Origin: Oculatellaceae cyanobacterium bins.114
Lineage (GTDB): Bacteria; Cyanobacteriota; Cyanobacteriia; Elainellales; Elainellaceae
Direction: 5' to 3'
DNA length: 30,562 nucleotides
NCBI GenBank assembly: GCA_033764315.1
Contig: JANRJA010000020.1
Coordinates: forward strand, 1 to 30,562
Below, one piece after another: positions 1 through 9,649 of this stretch. A program made the position numbers and the translations under genes. Within the stretch, counting starts at the first letter, position 1. Every line of letters begins with the position of its first letter. The notes beneath the pieces are model-generated. The model was not told the origin of the DNA. It worked only from the letters and a program-made list of their open reading frames with translations, and did no database searches.

Positions 1-365
1 AAAGTCAGGAGGTATAGCCGTAGCCACATTCGATAGGGCGGAGGCGAGTCAGAAAGCTTTCCCAGCATCAGGATTTGAGCCATTGCCTTTGCCTTAAGCT
101 TTCTGACCAAAGCTATATGGCATGTTCTAAGTCTCTCTTTAGAAGCTACTGTTTATACACAAGCCTCTAAACCCAATCGCTTTGCTCTCCAGACTCTTTC
201 TGGGAACAAGAATTGAAGGGCAGAAATTTATATACACGGTCGCTTTATCAGGAGAGACTTCAGCCTTTTGTTAGGGCAAGGAGGCGGGAAAGATCAAGTC
301 ATAGCAACCGTTTTAGGGTTAAGGTCTACTTTGTAAATTGACTCTCTTAAACACTAAAAGAATTG

Positions 366-458
366 TAAGTAGATGGTCGTAATTAAAAACCGGGGGAGCA
401 CCCCGGAGGGGTGCTCCCCCGGTTTTTATAACACAGTTTAATTAGGGCTACCTACTTA
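366..458. mobile_element. MITE-like element (TA-flanked, imperfect TIRs, perfect internal hairpin)
   Basis: TAAGTAGATGGTCGTAATTA (366-385) matches the reverse complement of 439-458 (TAAGTAGGTAGCCCTAATTA) at 16/20. TA at both ends. Perfect internal 21-bp inverted repeat 384-404/408-428. Confidence 0.65.
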
Positions 459-540
459 ACAAGCAAGGTCAACAGAAACTTTTGTTGCGGCTTATTAAAT
501 GTTCTACTTAGACGAATAGGACTTGTAGAATATTTTGCAT

Positions 541-594
541 GCCACCTCTCTGGTGTTTGATTTGAAAATCTGCACCTCGTGGAGGTGGCTTTTT
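541..594 (+). terminator. Imperfect hairpin followed by a T-run, upstream of the response regulator
   Basis: GCCACCTC (541-548) pairs with GAGGTGGC (582-589), with inner GGTG/CACC and GATTT/AAATC pairings, followed by TTTTT. Confidence 0.35.
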
Positions 595-717
595 GTCTAG
601 AGCCTTAACTTTTTCTTCAGAATTTCCGAACCCTTGATATTTAAATTTTTTAGAAATTCGAGTAGGCTATCTACTTCGGATATCTGTCATCTGCCGATCC
701 AATGCAATGAATTCCCT

Positions 718-1092
718 ATGAATACAAAACGAATCCTCATCATTGATGATGAAGCAGACATTTGTGAAATCGCCAAAACAAGTTTGGAGATTACAGAACA
801 GTGGGATGTATTGATAGCAATGTCGGGGGAAGAAGGACTGGCGATCGCAGTTAGCACACAACCTGATGCCATTCTCTTAGATGTGGTGATGCCAGAATGT
901 GATGGTCTTGCGACACTAGGTAAACTCAAAAGTGATCCTGTAACCCGCGCCATTCCGGTGATTATGTTGACAGCTATAGTTAATCTAGCCGTTCAACGCC
1001 AATGTGCTGAGTTAAACTCAAAAGCTATTTTAATCAAACCGTTTGACCCGGGCATTTTGGGTAAACAGATTGCCAAAATCTTGGACTGGTAG
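718..1092 (+). CDS. Single-domain CheY-like response regulator
   Basis: MNTKRILIIDDE...ILLDVVMP...VIMLTA...KPFD contains the full receiver motif set. ATG 718 is preferred to the ORF-track start at 634. Confidence 0.93.
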   Translation: MNTKRILIIDDEADICEIAKTSLEITEQWDVLIAMSGEEGLAIAVSTQPDAILLDVVMPECDGLATLGKLKSDPVTRAIPVIMLTAIVNLAVQRQCAELNSKAILIKPFDPGILGKQIAKILDW

Positions 1093-1093
1093 G

Positions 1094-3706
1094 CTAAAGG
1101 GCGATCGCTAAATCAGACTGACTGGGGTCGTTGCTCTCCTGGCAAATAGGTAGCTCAATGACAAATTCAGAGCCTTGCCCTGGTGCTGAATCACAAGACA
1201 GCTTACCTTTGTGTTTTTCAACAATTATTTGGTAACTAACGGATAAGCCCAGTCCACTGCCTTTGCCAACGGGTTTAGTTGTGAAAAAAGGATCAAATAA
1301 TTTCATCTGGACTTGCTCATTCATCCCTAACCCGTTATCAGCAATCCGGATGGCAATTTGTTGACTATTGACCAACTCTGTAGAAATGTGAATGTAACCT
1401 GGACGAGCCTTAATCTGTTCAAGGGTGTGTTGCTGATAATACTCATCTAGGGCATCAACTGCATTGCTAATAATATTCATAAATACTTGATTGAGCTGAC
1501 CGGGATAGCAATCGATATAGGGGATTTCACCATACTGTTTAGTGATTTGAATGGCAGGATATCCAGGTTTAGGAGTCAACCGATTATGAAGAATCATCAA
1601 GGTGCTATCAATACCTTCATGAATATTGGCTGCTTTAAATTCAGCTTCATCTAATCGCGAGAAGTTGCGCAGTGAATGCACAATCGCCCGAATCCGCTCT
1701 GCTCCCAACCGCATAGAAGACAAAACCTTAGAGAGGTCTTCCACGATAAACTCTAGGTCGATCGCGTTGATCTTGGCTTGAATTGCTGGATCGGGAACCG
1801 GATAGTGTTGCTGGTATAGATCAACTAAGCTAAGCAAATCATGGGTGTATTCGCTGGCATAGTTGACATTGCCATAGATAAAATTAACCGGATTGTTAAT
1901 TTCATGGGCTACTCCAGCGACCATTTGCCCTAAGCTCGACATTTTTTCACTTTGAACGATTTGAGCTTGAGTGATCTTTAACTTTTGCAGTGCTCTGGCT
2001 AACTCTTTGGCTTGCCGTCGAATCTGATTTTCTGCCCGCTGGCGATCGCTGATATCGCGAACCATGACCAAAACATCATTGTCACCACAGGGCATGATAC
2101 GAACTTCTTCATATTGAGGTGTGCCGTTTAGGTTGAGTTGCTGTTCACAAACCTGAAGCTGACTCGTTTGAAGTGCTTGCTCGACCTGCTTCATCCGTTC
2201 TTCGGCTATCTCACGGGGCAAAATATCGAAGACATTGTTACCCACCAATGCTTTCTCCGGATTAATTAAGGTAATATTTCCAACGTTTTGAATATTGACA
2301 TAGGTGCCATCTCGCTTCATCCGAATCAGCAGATCTGGGATAGCCTGCACTAGGGCTCGATTGGTCGTTTCGCTCTCTAATAAAGCTATCTCCGCACGTT
2401 TGCGATCGCACGCTTCGATAGCCAGTGCCACAATGTCGGCGATGGATCGCGCAAAGCCCTCGTCTTCTGGTTGCCATTCTCGAATCGTGTGGGTGTGTTC
2501 GATGCAGAATATGCCAATGGTCTGTCCATCTAAACGAATGGCAGTATCTAGCATGGATTGAATGCCTAATGGCGTGAGATAGGTGTCAGCAAAACCACAG
2601 GTTCTAGGATCGGTATGAGCATTGTGAGCCACGATCGAGTTTTCTGCGGTGCTGACTGCCTGAAAGTAAGTTGGATAGTCGGCAATCGACAAGGATAGCT
2701 CTGCACTGTGTCGTTGCGGAGTTTTCTCAAACAAGTCATAACAATCGAGCTTGGTTTTAGCTTCGTCATATAACCAAACACTCACTCGCTCAACCCCCAG
2801 GACTTGAGCCGCTGTCTCCATAATTTCTTGAATAACGGTTTGCAGGTTGCTGTAGTTGATGTCTCGATATTGGGCGAGTCGGCTTAAAATCTGGTTTTGG
2901 TTGCGGAGTTTAGTTTCCCGTTCTTGTAATGTTTGTTCAGCTTGCTGTTGGGCTTGAAAGACAGAGTCAAATGTCGCCGCCAGAAAATGAAATTCATTAT
3001 TAAGGAGATTACTGGGCAGGTTAAATGAATGGCTATCTTTGCTAGCTTCAATCGCTTGGGTTACCAGTTGGAGTGGCTTAAGAACACTGACTCTGATAAA
3101 GATGCCCACTTTTGCTAAAAGTACAAGCATGACGATCAGCATCATGGCGGAGGAAATCAACAGAAACGTCCAGCTACTATGCCGCATTTCTTCTAGCTCG
3201 ATCGCCACGATGATAAAGCCAGATTGCTCTGTTTGATTGAATAGGGAGTGATGAAACGGAAGGGTATGAACTAAAACAGGTCTGTTGTAAATTTCTACTG
3301 TAGAGTAAGTTTCGGTATGAGTTTCTAAGGTTGGTTGAATGAGGCTGAGTAGGCCAGACTTGGTAAGAATTGACGGATGATCGGCCTTTGTATGAGCATT
3401 GAGTGCTAAAACCTGACCTCGACCATCAACAACAGCGACTCCTATAACATCTGGCAAATCAGCATAGCTTTGAGTCAAGCTGTCTAACGCTTGCAACTCT
3501 TGTGTGTTGCTCAAGTGATCAATCGTCAGTTTGAGCGATCGCGTAATAGATGCAATCTCTTCCTGTTCTTCTCGCTCAAAATGCGATCGCACAACAAAAT
3601 AGTTCACCCCTAAAGCGGTCAAACCAGTGAAAGCCATTGAGAGGCCCAAACCGATTAGCAATCGATTAGACAAGCGATGGTGACGGAATAAGTTGGGTTT
3701 GCTCAT
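1094..3706 (-). CDS. Membrane sensor histidine kinase (2 TM, periplasmic domain, HAMP-like, GAF, PAS, HisKA, HATPase)
   Basis: Two hydrophobic segments; GAF (SMLDTAIRLDGQTIGIFCIEH...W); PAS (AIPDLLIRMKRDG...VRDISDR); H-box GVAHEINNP; N-box NIISNAVDA; DNGLG; FFTTKPVGKGSGLGLS. Confidence 0.95.
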   Translation of the reverse strand: MSKPNLFRHHRLSNRLLIGLGLSMAFTGLTALGVNYFVVRSHFEREEQEEIASITRSLKLTIDHLSNTQELQALDSLTQSYADLPDVIGVAVVDGRGQVLALNAHTKADHPSILTKSGLLSLIQPTLETHTETYSTVEIYNRPVLVHTLPFHHSLFNQTEQSGFIIVAIELEEMRHSSWTFLLISSAMMLIVMLVLLAKVGIFIRVSVLKPLQLVTQAIEASKDSHSFNLPSNLLNNEFHFLAATFDSVFQAQQQAEQTLQERETKLRNQNQILSRLAQYRDINYSNLQTVIQEIMETAAQVLGVERVSVWLYDEAKTKLDCYDLFEKTPQRHSAELSLSIADYPTYFQAVSTAENSIVAHNAHTDPRTCGFADTYLTPLGIQSMLDTAIRLDGQTIGIFCIEHTHTIREWQPEDEGFARSIADIVALAIEACDRKRAEIALLESETTNRALVQAIPDLLIRMKRDGTYVNIQNVGNITLINPEKALVGNNVFDILPREIAEERMKQVEQALQTSQLQVCEQQLNLNGTPQYEEVRIMPCGDNDVLVMVRDISDRQRAENQIRRQAKELARALQKLKITQAQIVQSEKMSSLGQMVAGVAHEINNPVNFIYGNVNYASEYTHDLLSLVDLYQQHYPVPDPAIQAKINAIDLEFIVEDLSKVLSSMRLGAERIRAIVHSLRNFSRLDEAEFKAANIHEGIDSTLMILHNRLTPKPGYPAIQITKQYGEIPYIDCYPGQLNQVFMNIISNAVDALDEYYQQHTLEQIKARPGYIHISTELVNSQQIAIRIADNGLGMNEQVQMKLFDPFFTTKPVGKGSGLGLSVSYQIIVEKHKGKLSCDSAPGQGSEFVIELPICQESNDPSQSDLAIAL

Positions 3707-4130
3707 GATGCGATAATTTGCGATCGTTCAATGGGGTAGTGGGTTCCAACTGAACTAGCAATTGTTTTGAAATTGCGATTTTGATAATTTAGATGCGTTT
3801 TAAGGCTTCCCTGCCTTTAGCAGCCATTTTGAATGGGGATGCATAGGCAGGAGTTTAGTCAGAGTGAGGTATTTGTAAAGGCAGTAAGTTTACTGATGCT
3901 ACGATACAAAATAAATGTGAAAAACTTGTGACACTCAGTATTTTTTCGAGAATCTTCTAATTGGTCTAGACCACTTTCATCGGGGAATTTGTGCCTTGGC
4001 TCAGTTTTAAGCCTTTCCACATGAATGTCACATTTAGTCTTTAACATCTAAGTTAAGCCTTATAGAGCTATATCTAACCCAACTAACTCAACACCATTAC
4101 TCTCCCAGTTCATTGATTGATTGAGCAGCA

Positions 4131-4307
4131 ATGTCTAAAGGCAAGACTTTAAACGGTGATGATCTACCTGATGATCTACGAAAACAGCAGTTGCAACAAA
4201 AGATTTATGAATACAAGCAGGCAGAGACGGCACTACAAGCCGTTAAAGAAATAACAAAAACAACGAATTCAGAAAAAAACGACGATGGCGTTAGTAAGAC
4301 AGCGTGA
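4131..4307 (+). CDS. 58-aa ORF resembling the coiled-coil signalling helix that precedes HisKA domains (microprotein or relic)
   Basis: Translated by hand, below the ORF-track cut-off: MSKGKTLNGDDLPDDLRKQQLQQKIYEYKQAETALQAVKEITKTTNSEKNDDGVSKTA. Confidence 0.35.
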   Translation: MSKGKTLNGDDLPDDLRKQQLQQKIYEYKQAETALQAVKEITKTTNSEKNDDGVSKTA

Positions 4308-4489
4308 TTCATCAAGCTGCAATCAAAGCGATCGAGGTGGTGATTTTACGTTATTCGGGGGTTTCCGGTTACCTCTATCCCCTATGCTAGATCATTGATA
4401 ATTTTGCACTGTTAGGGTTAAAGTGTGACTTTCAAAGTGTTCTGATCGTTACCCTCACTCCATCAATCAACTCTAAAGCTTGGGTCATC

Positions 4490-5395
4490 ATGCCGTTTCA
4501 CTCCATGAATATTAGTTTACCAGAGTGCATCAGGCGAGTCAGTCGTCAACGATGGGAAATGTTTCCTCAAGCATTCGCACTAGCGTTGATAATACTGCTG
4601 CTGTTGAGTGCTCAGGGAATCACTCAACAGTCTGTGCAGGTGCGAGTTGACCGTTGGTTAGATATTCAAGAGATGACGGGAAGTGTTACTTTTTACCAGC
4701 AAAACAATTCACGGGTCGCCAGGGTGGGCGATCGCCTGCAAAGCGTAGGCGATGGAATTAGAACAGGACAGCAATCGAATGCCGTTTTAGCGGTCGATAC
4801 AGGGGTTGGGTTTGTCACCGTTTCTGAAAATACTCAGGCAGTCGTGCGAACTCTGGCGATCGCTCCTGATAATGGTCGCATTACTCATTTAGATGTCTCG
4901 CAAGGTCAGGTGCGTCTAAACTTGCGGCGTTTTACGCATCGTGGGTCAGAGTTTGAGATTCATACTCCAGCGGGGGTTAGTGCAGTCAGAGGCACTGACT
5001 TTGGCGTCAGCATTCAACCCGATGGCAAAACAGGTATTGCGACTCTCACAGGCGAGGTCAGCACGAGTGCTCAAGGGCAAACTGTAGCCGTAGCAGCAGG
5101 GTTCCAAAATCTGATCATTCCTGGAGAAGTGCCATCTCCCGCAGTTCCTTTACAAGACAACACTGATCTGCGTTACACCATCGATCGACAAATTCAAAAC
5201 AACCTTCGTTCCGTTCGCCTGAATGCTCAAGTAGACCCAGTCAATCTTGTTTTTGTGGGTGACACACCTCAAGATATTGATCGAGAAGGACGGTTTAGTC
5301 TCAGACTGCGGGCTGTTTACAGACAGCGGATTGAGATTACGGTGATTACTCCACTGGGCAAGCGACAGGTTCATCAACTCGTGATAGTGCTATGA
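4490..5395 (+). CDS. FecR-domain exported protein
   Basis: N-terminal hydrophobic segment; GDRL..GD.IRTG; QGQVR; IHTPAGVSAVRGTDFGV; TLTGEV. The true start may be 4505 or 4559. Confidence 0.88.
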   Translation: MPFHSMNISLPECIRRVSRQRWEMFPQAFALALIILLLLSAQGITQQSVQVRVDRWLDIQEMTGSVTFYQQNNSRVARVGDRLQSVGDGIRTGQQSNAVLAVDTGVGFVTVSENTQAVVRTLAIAPDNGRITHLDVSQGQVRLNLRRFTHRGSEFEIHTPAGVSAVRGTDFGVSIQPDGKTGIATLTGEVSTSAQGQTVAVAAGFQNLIIPGEVPSPAVPLQDNTDLRYTIDRQIQNNLRSVRLNAQVDPVNLVFVGDTPQDIDREGRFSLRLRAVYRQRIEITVITPLGKRQVHQLVIVL

Positions 5396-5414
5396 ACTGA
5401 AATATTATAGTGTT

Positions 5415-8400
5415 ATGAACTGGTACATCCACAGACACCGATGGCGATGGCTTCCAGGCAGTTTAGTTGCACTGGCAATTACAGTCTTGCTGTGGATTGG
5501 AGCGTTTCAACCACTCGAACAGATTACCTATCGAGCCCTGTTTCAAGCCAGAGGAGAGTTGGACTGGAGTGATCAGATCGCGTTGGTCACTATCGATGAC
5601 GCTAGCTTGAGGCAACTCGGTCGTTTTCCCTGGTCTCGCCAATACTATGTCAAACTGCTCAACATCTTGACTGAGGCAAACTCTAGTTTGGTTGTGATCG
5701 ACTTAATCTGGTCTGAGTCAAGCCCAGTCGATGCGCAACTGGCAGAAGCCATGATGCAACAAGGTCGAGTTGTCTTAGCTCAAGCTTGGGATGCGACGGG
5801 CATACCCTTGTTACCTGTCCCTCTTTTAGACGCGGCTGCTCTTTCGACAGGGCATGTGTTGAAGTCAGAAGACACGGATCGATTAGTGCGGCAAGTAGAT
5901 CTGGAAATTCAGGGAGAACCTGCACTAGCGATCGCGGCTGTGCAATCTTATAGTTTGGTGCAGACTCCCGTTTCGTTGCCCCCTCTAGACCAACCTTTTT
6001 GGGTCAATTGGATTAGCTCTGCCCAGAAACTGAACCAGTATTCATTTGTTGATGTCATTGATGGCAAAATTCCGGCTGAGGTATTTCAAAACAAAATTGT
6101 GCTAGTGGGCGTTACCGCTACTGGGTTTGATCACCTGTCAACACCGTATGATCTCAACCCGCCTTCGAGCAGCGTCTTTTTGCACGCTACTTTAATTGAT
6201 AATTTGCTTAAAGAAAATTCTTTACACCCTCTTGCCCAAAACTGGCAATGGATATTCATTCTGCTAACTGCTCCGGGTTTAAGTTGCCTCCTATCTTTGC
6301 TCAATACCCGGCAACAACTGGTTGTGACCGCAGGTCTATTTTGCGCTTGGGGGCTGTTAAGTCTATTGCTATTTCGAGCTGATTACTGGTTGCCAGTGAC
6401 TCCCTCTATGACGGTGTTTGGTGCAACCGCATTTGCTGTAGCTCTCACCGAACGGTTACGAGAAAACTATTTATTGCGACGACAAATCGCTCATATCTGG
6501 ACTCGCTATCATCAAGATTTGGTGGTGCATCACAATGAGTTTGACCACCCATTAATTCCATCGCACAAACGCAGTCTGACTCAACCCCAGGAATCGGTCT
6601 TGCGGGTCGCCCAACTAGCCGCACTAGCAGAGCAGTTTGGTCGTTCTCAATCCACTCAAGCTACCATTTCTCGAACCCTGGCGATTGGGTTATTGGCGGC
6701 AGACCTGAAGGGGAGGGTTTGGTTTTGCAATCCGGTGGCGTCAACCTATCTCAAGGTAGAAGTCGGAAGCCACTTGAGTCAACAGTTAATACCTATCTGG
6801 CTAACTCGGGAGCAGTGGCAAACAAGTTTGACTTGCTTAAGGTCAGGAAACGTTGTCAGACACAACAACCTGCATTATCAGGAGCAGTGGTTTGACATGA
6901 TCTTGCAACCCCTGGTCAACGAAACGGCGATCGCTGAGAGTCAGCCTCTTCAGTCTCTGAATGGGTTCTTGTTGCTCCTTGAAGATATTACTGAACATAA
7001 ACAAAAAGAAGTTGAGTTGCAGCAGGCAAAGGAAACAGCCATTCGGGAAGCCATCCGGAGTGCAAACGCAAATCGCGCCAAAAGTGAGTTCTTGGCAAAC
7101 ATGAGCCATGAACTGCGAACTCCTCTCAATATTATTTTGGGGTTTACTCAGGTGATGAGCCATGATACCTCTCTCAAACCAGAACATCAGAGACATTTAG
7201 AAATCATCACCCGCAGTGGGCAACACCTTCTGGGGTTAATCAACGATGTCTTAGAAATGTCAAAAATCGAAGCGGGTCGAGTTCGACTGAATGAAACCAG
7301 TTTTGATTTATATCACTTGCTTGATGAGTTAGAAGAAATGCTGCGAGTTAAAGCGGATGCAAAGCAGTTAATTCTAAGATTTGAGCGTGCTTCTGACTTA
7401 CCACAATACATTCAGAGCGACCAAGGCAAGTTGCGACAAGTTTTATTGAATTTAGTAGGCAATGCTATTAAATTTACCTTTGTTGGGCAGGTCACTCTGC
7501 GGGTCAGTGCTGAGCAACAGAGAGCGATGGAGGCAAATCCAACAGAGGCAAATTCAATAGAGGATTCAATAGAGGATTCAATAGAGGCAAATCCAGATTA
7601 TCAGCAGACTCGAATTTTGTCGTCTCAAACGCCCTCCCTCTTTTTTGCGTCTCCCATTGCTCTAAAGTTGTGCTTTGAGGTTGAAGATACTGGGGTTGGC
7701 ATTGCCCCAGAGGAATTGGAGAAACTATTTCAACCCTTTACCCAAACCTATTCAGGACAGCAGGCTAATGAGGGAACAGGGCTGGGATTAGCTATCAGCC
7801 GCCGATTTATTCACTTGATGGGAGGAGATATTCGAGTTAAGAGTGCGATCGCCCAGGGAAGTACTTTTCGGTTTGAGATTCAAGCCAAATTAGCAAAAGT
7901 CAGCGATGCGCCCTTGGCAGTTAGCTTTCAATCGGTAGTTGCACTGGCACCTGATCAACCCACTTATCGTATTTTGATTGTGGAAGATCAATGGGAAAAT
8001 AGCCAATTTTTAGTCAAATTGCTAACTCCGTTAGGATTTGACGTTCGGGAAGCCAACAATGGTCAAACGGGTATGATGTGTTGGGAAGAGTGGCAGCCTC
8101 ACTTAATCTTGATGGATATGCGAATGCCAATTATGGATGGCTATGAGGCGACGCAACAGATTCGAGCCAGAGAACGATTGGTGAAGGACTATCCTACTTT
8201 TGTTAAAGAGTCTGAAGTGCAAATAAAAGATAGACAACAACAAACAAAAGATAGACAACAGCGAACTAAAATTATTGCAGTGACGGCTAGTGCCTTTGAA
8301 GAAACAAAGTTAGCTGTTGCTTCGGTAGGATGTGATGATTTTTTAAGAAAACCAATTCAAGAAATTACATTATTGAGTAAGTTGGCAGAACACTTAGGAG

Positions 8401-8681
8401 TTCGCTATCTCTATAAAGAAAAACAGCCCGTTAGTTCTCGATACTCTCCATCAATAGAGCATTTGTCTTTAGAAAAACTAAGTAATCATCTTGCTGAAAT
8501 GCCGACTGAATGGATTATTCAGTTACATCAGGCAGCTATGAAAGGATTTGATGACCCAATCTTGAAACTGATTGAGCAAATCCCGGAGCCACAGGCAACG
8601 CTGGCTTATGCTCTAAAAAATTGGATCCACAACTTTCAATTTGACAAAGTATTAGAGCTAACACGACAGCAACTGAAATAG
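5415..8681 (+). CDS. CHASE2-domain hybrid histidine kinase (CHASE2, 3 TM, PAS-like, HisKA, HATPase, REC)
   Basis: CHASE2 motifs LVTIDDASLRQLGRFPWSR and NKIVLVGVTA; three TM helices; FLANMSHELRTPLN; NLVGNAIKFT; EGTGLGLAIS; receiver ILMDMRMP...KP. Confidence 0.95.
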   Translation: MNWYIHRHRWRWLPGSLVALAITVLLWIGAFQPLEQITYRALFQARGELDWSDQIALVTIDDASLRQLGRFPWSRQYYVKLLNILTEANSSLVVIDLIWSESSPVDAQLAEAMMQQGRVVLAQAWDATGIPLLPVPLLDAAALSTGHVLKSEDTDRLVRQVDLEIQGEPALAIAAVQSYSLVQTPVSLPPLDQPFWVNWISSAQKLNQYSFVDVIDGKIPAEVFQNKIVLVGVTATGFDHLSTPYDLNPPSSSVFLHATLIDNLLKENSLHPLAQNWQWIFILLTAPGLSCLLSLLNTRQQLVVTAGLFCAWGLLSLLLFRADYWLPVTPSMTVFGATAFAVALTERLRENYLLRRQIAHIWTRYHQDLVVHHNEFDHPLIPSHKRSLTQPQESVLRVAQLAALAEQFGRSQSTQATISRTLAIGLLAADLKGRVWFCNPVASTYLKVEVGSHLSQQLIPIWLTREQWQTSLTCLRSGNVVRHNNLHYQEQWFDMILQPLVNETAIAESQPLQSLNGFLLLLEDITEHKQKEVELQQAKETAIREAIRSANANRAKSEFLANMSHELRTPLNIILGFTQVMSHDTSLKPEHQRHLEIITRSGQHLLGLINDVLEMSKIEAGRVRLNETSFDLYHLLDELEEMLRVKADAKQLILRFERASDLPQYIQSDQGKLRQVLLNLVGNAIKFTFVGQVTLRVSAEQQRAMEANPTEANSIEDSIEDSIEANPDYQQTRILSSQTPSLFFASPIALKLCFEVEDTGVGIAPEELEKLFQPFTQTYSGQQANEGTGLGLAISRRFIHLMGGDIRVKSAIAQGSTFRFEIQAKLAKVSDAPLAVSFQSVVALAPDQPTYRILIVEDQWENSQFLVKLLTPLGFDVREANNGQTGMMCWEEWQPHLILMDMRMPIMDGYEATQQIRARERLVKDYPTFVKESEVQIKDRQQQTKDRQQRTKIIAVTASAFEETKLAVASVGCDDFLRKPIQEITLLSKLAEHLGVRYLYKEKQPVSSRYSPSIEHLSLEKLSNHLAEMPTEWIIQLHQAAMKGFDDPILKLIEQIPEPQATLAYALKNWIHNFQFDKVLELTRQQLK
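7530..7595 (+). repeat. In-frame 12/15-bp tandem repeats in the kinase ATPase domain (EANPTEANSIEDSIEDSIEANP)
   Basis: AGGATTCAATAG twice (7561-7584), flanked by GAGGCAAAT(C/T)CA units. Confidence 0.85.
8225..8260 (+). repeat. In-frame duplication with 21-bp period in the receiver domain (KDRQQ-QT-KDRQQ)
   Basis: AAAAGATAGACAACA at 8225-8239 and 8246-8260. Confidence 0.85.
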
Positions 8682-8972
8682 AGTTCATGTCTACGTTTAG
8701 ACTGAGATTAATATCGCCAAATTCTCTCTAACTGCTGATTCAGATAGCTTTAAACTTTTTATAAACTAGTTCTGTACGCAACTGAAGAGCTGATTTATGA
8801 AGGGGCGCAGGAGCTTCGTTGTAAGCTCAGAACCCTTGGCTGAAGATGAATCCTCCACACCCGTATCATCCATATATGAAGTGTCTTGACAGTTGCTATA
8901 GATAGGTTGCCGAAAGTCAAAGGTAGGGCTGCTGAGTAAGCTGTCTAACGATTAAGATCAAGGATAGAGAGA

Positions 8973-9575
8973 ATGCAGTCTTGGCGCGATCGCTTCAATT
9001 CGATGGGTGGCAAAACACGGTTTGTGGTTTGTCGTCTGTTTCTCCACTTAGCAGGGTCTGCCGTTGCTCCCTTAATAGGATTGCTCAACCAATCCGCACA
9101 ACGAGCGGTTGACAGTAATGGGGATTTACAGGTCTTGGGTGAAGGTCTGGTTGATATCAGTCAGGCTCTTTTACAACACGACACTTACTGGCAATCAGCC
9201 GCTAACGAAGGAGATATATTTTGGGATGAGTCCGAGGCAGGTGATTACATCAACGAGCTATTTACCGACTCTGCTCAGCGATACCAAGGAGAACTAGCGT
9301 TTACTGAATCGTCAGATACAACGGACACATTGACTCTACCGATAACTCAAAATTTAGTGGTGATTTTAACAGTGGCTTATGAAGGTGCAGTGCCAGAGTT
9401 AGAAATTGACCTTAGTACTATGAGCACATTGAAAGCAGGATTAAAGTCGATGATTAACCTGCACTATCAAAATCAATTGCGAGCCATTCAGATTCACTTT
9501 GCCCCTGCTCAATTAGGCGATGAACTTACTTCAGATCAGCTATTAATGAACTTTCCAGAGCTACTTCCACTCTGA
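8973..9575 (+). CDS. DUF1517-like conserved cyanobacterial protein
   Basis: 200-aa ORF with good RBS spacing. C-terminal IQIHFAPAQLGDELTSDQLLMNFPELLPL resembles the DUF1517 end motif. Confidence 0.7.
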   Translation: MQSWRDRFNSMGGKTRFVVCRLFLHLAGSAVAPLIGLLNQSAQRAVDSNGDLQVLGEGLVDISQALLQHDTYWQSAANEGDIFWDESEAGDYINELFTDSAQRYQGELAFTESSDTTDTLTLPITQNLVVILTVAYEGAVPELEIDLSTMSTLKAGLKSMINLHYQNQLRAIQIHFAPAQLGDELTSDQLLMNFPELLPL

Positions 9576-9649
9576 TACAGCTCAACTCTTTAAACTCATT
9601 TTGATCAAATTAAAGAATTTTTCAAACTTCATGAATTGTAAGTATTGTT

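Noticed and set aside
13..157. Possible degenerate MITE (TATAGCCGTAGC ... GCTACTGTTTATA)
   Set aside because: The ends are too degenerate to define without other genomic copies.
634..717. N-terminal extension of the response regulator in the ORF track
   Set aside because: TTG start and no domain content. The receiver begins naturally at ATG 718.
2430..2860. GAF domain as a cyanobacteriochrome photosensor
   Set aside because: No DXCF/CH bilin-binding motif is visible, so it looks like an ordinary GAF.
8760..8900. Possible riboswitch/ncRNA or decayed repeat upstream of the DUF1517-like gene
   Set aside because: No recognisable conserved aptamer and only weak pairing.
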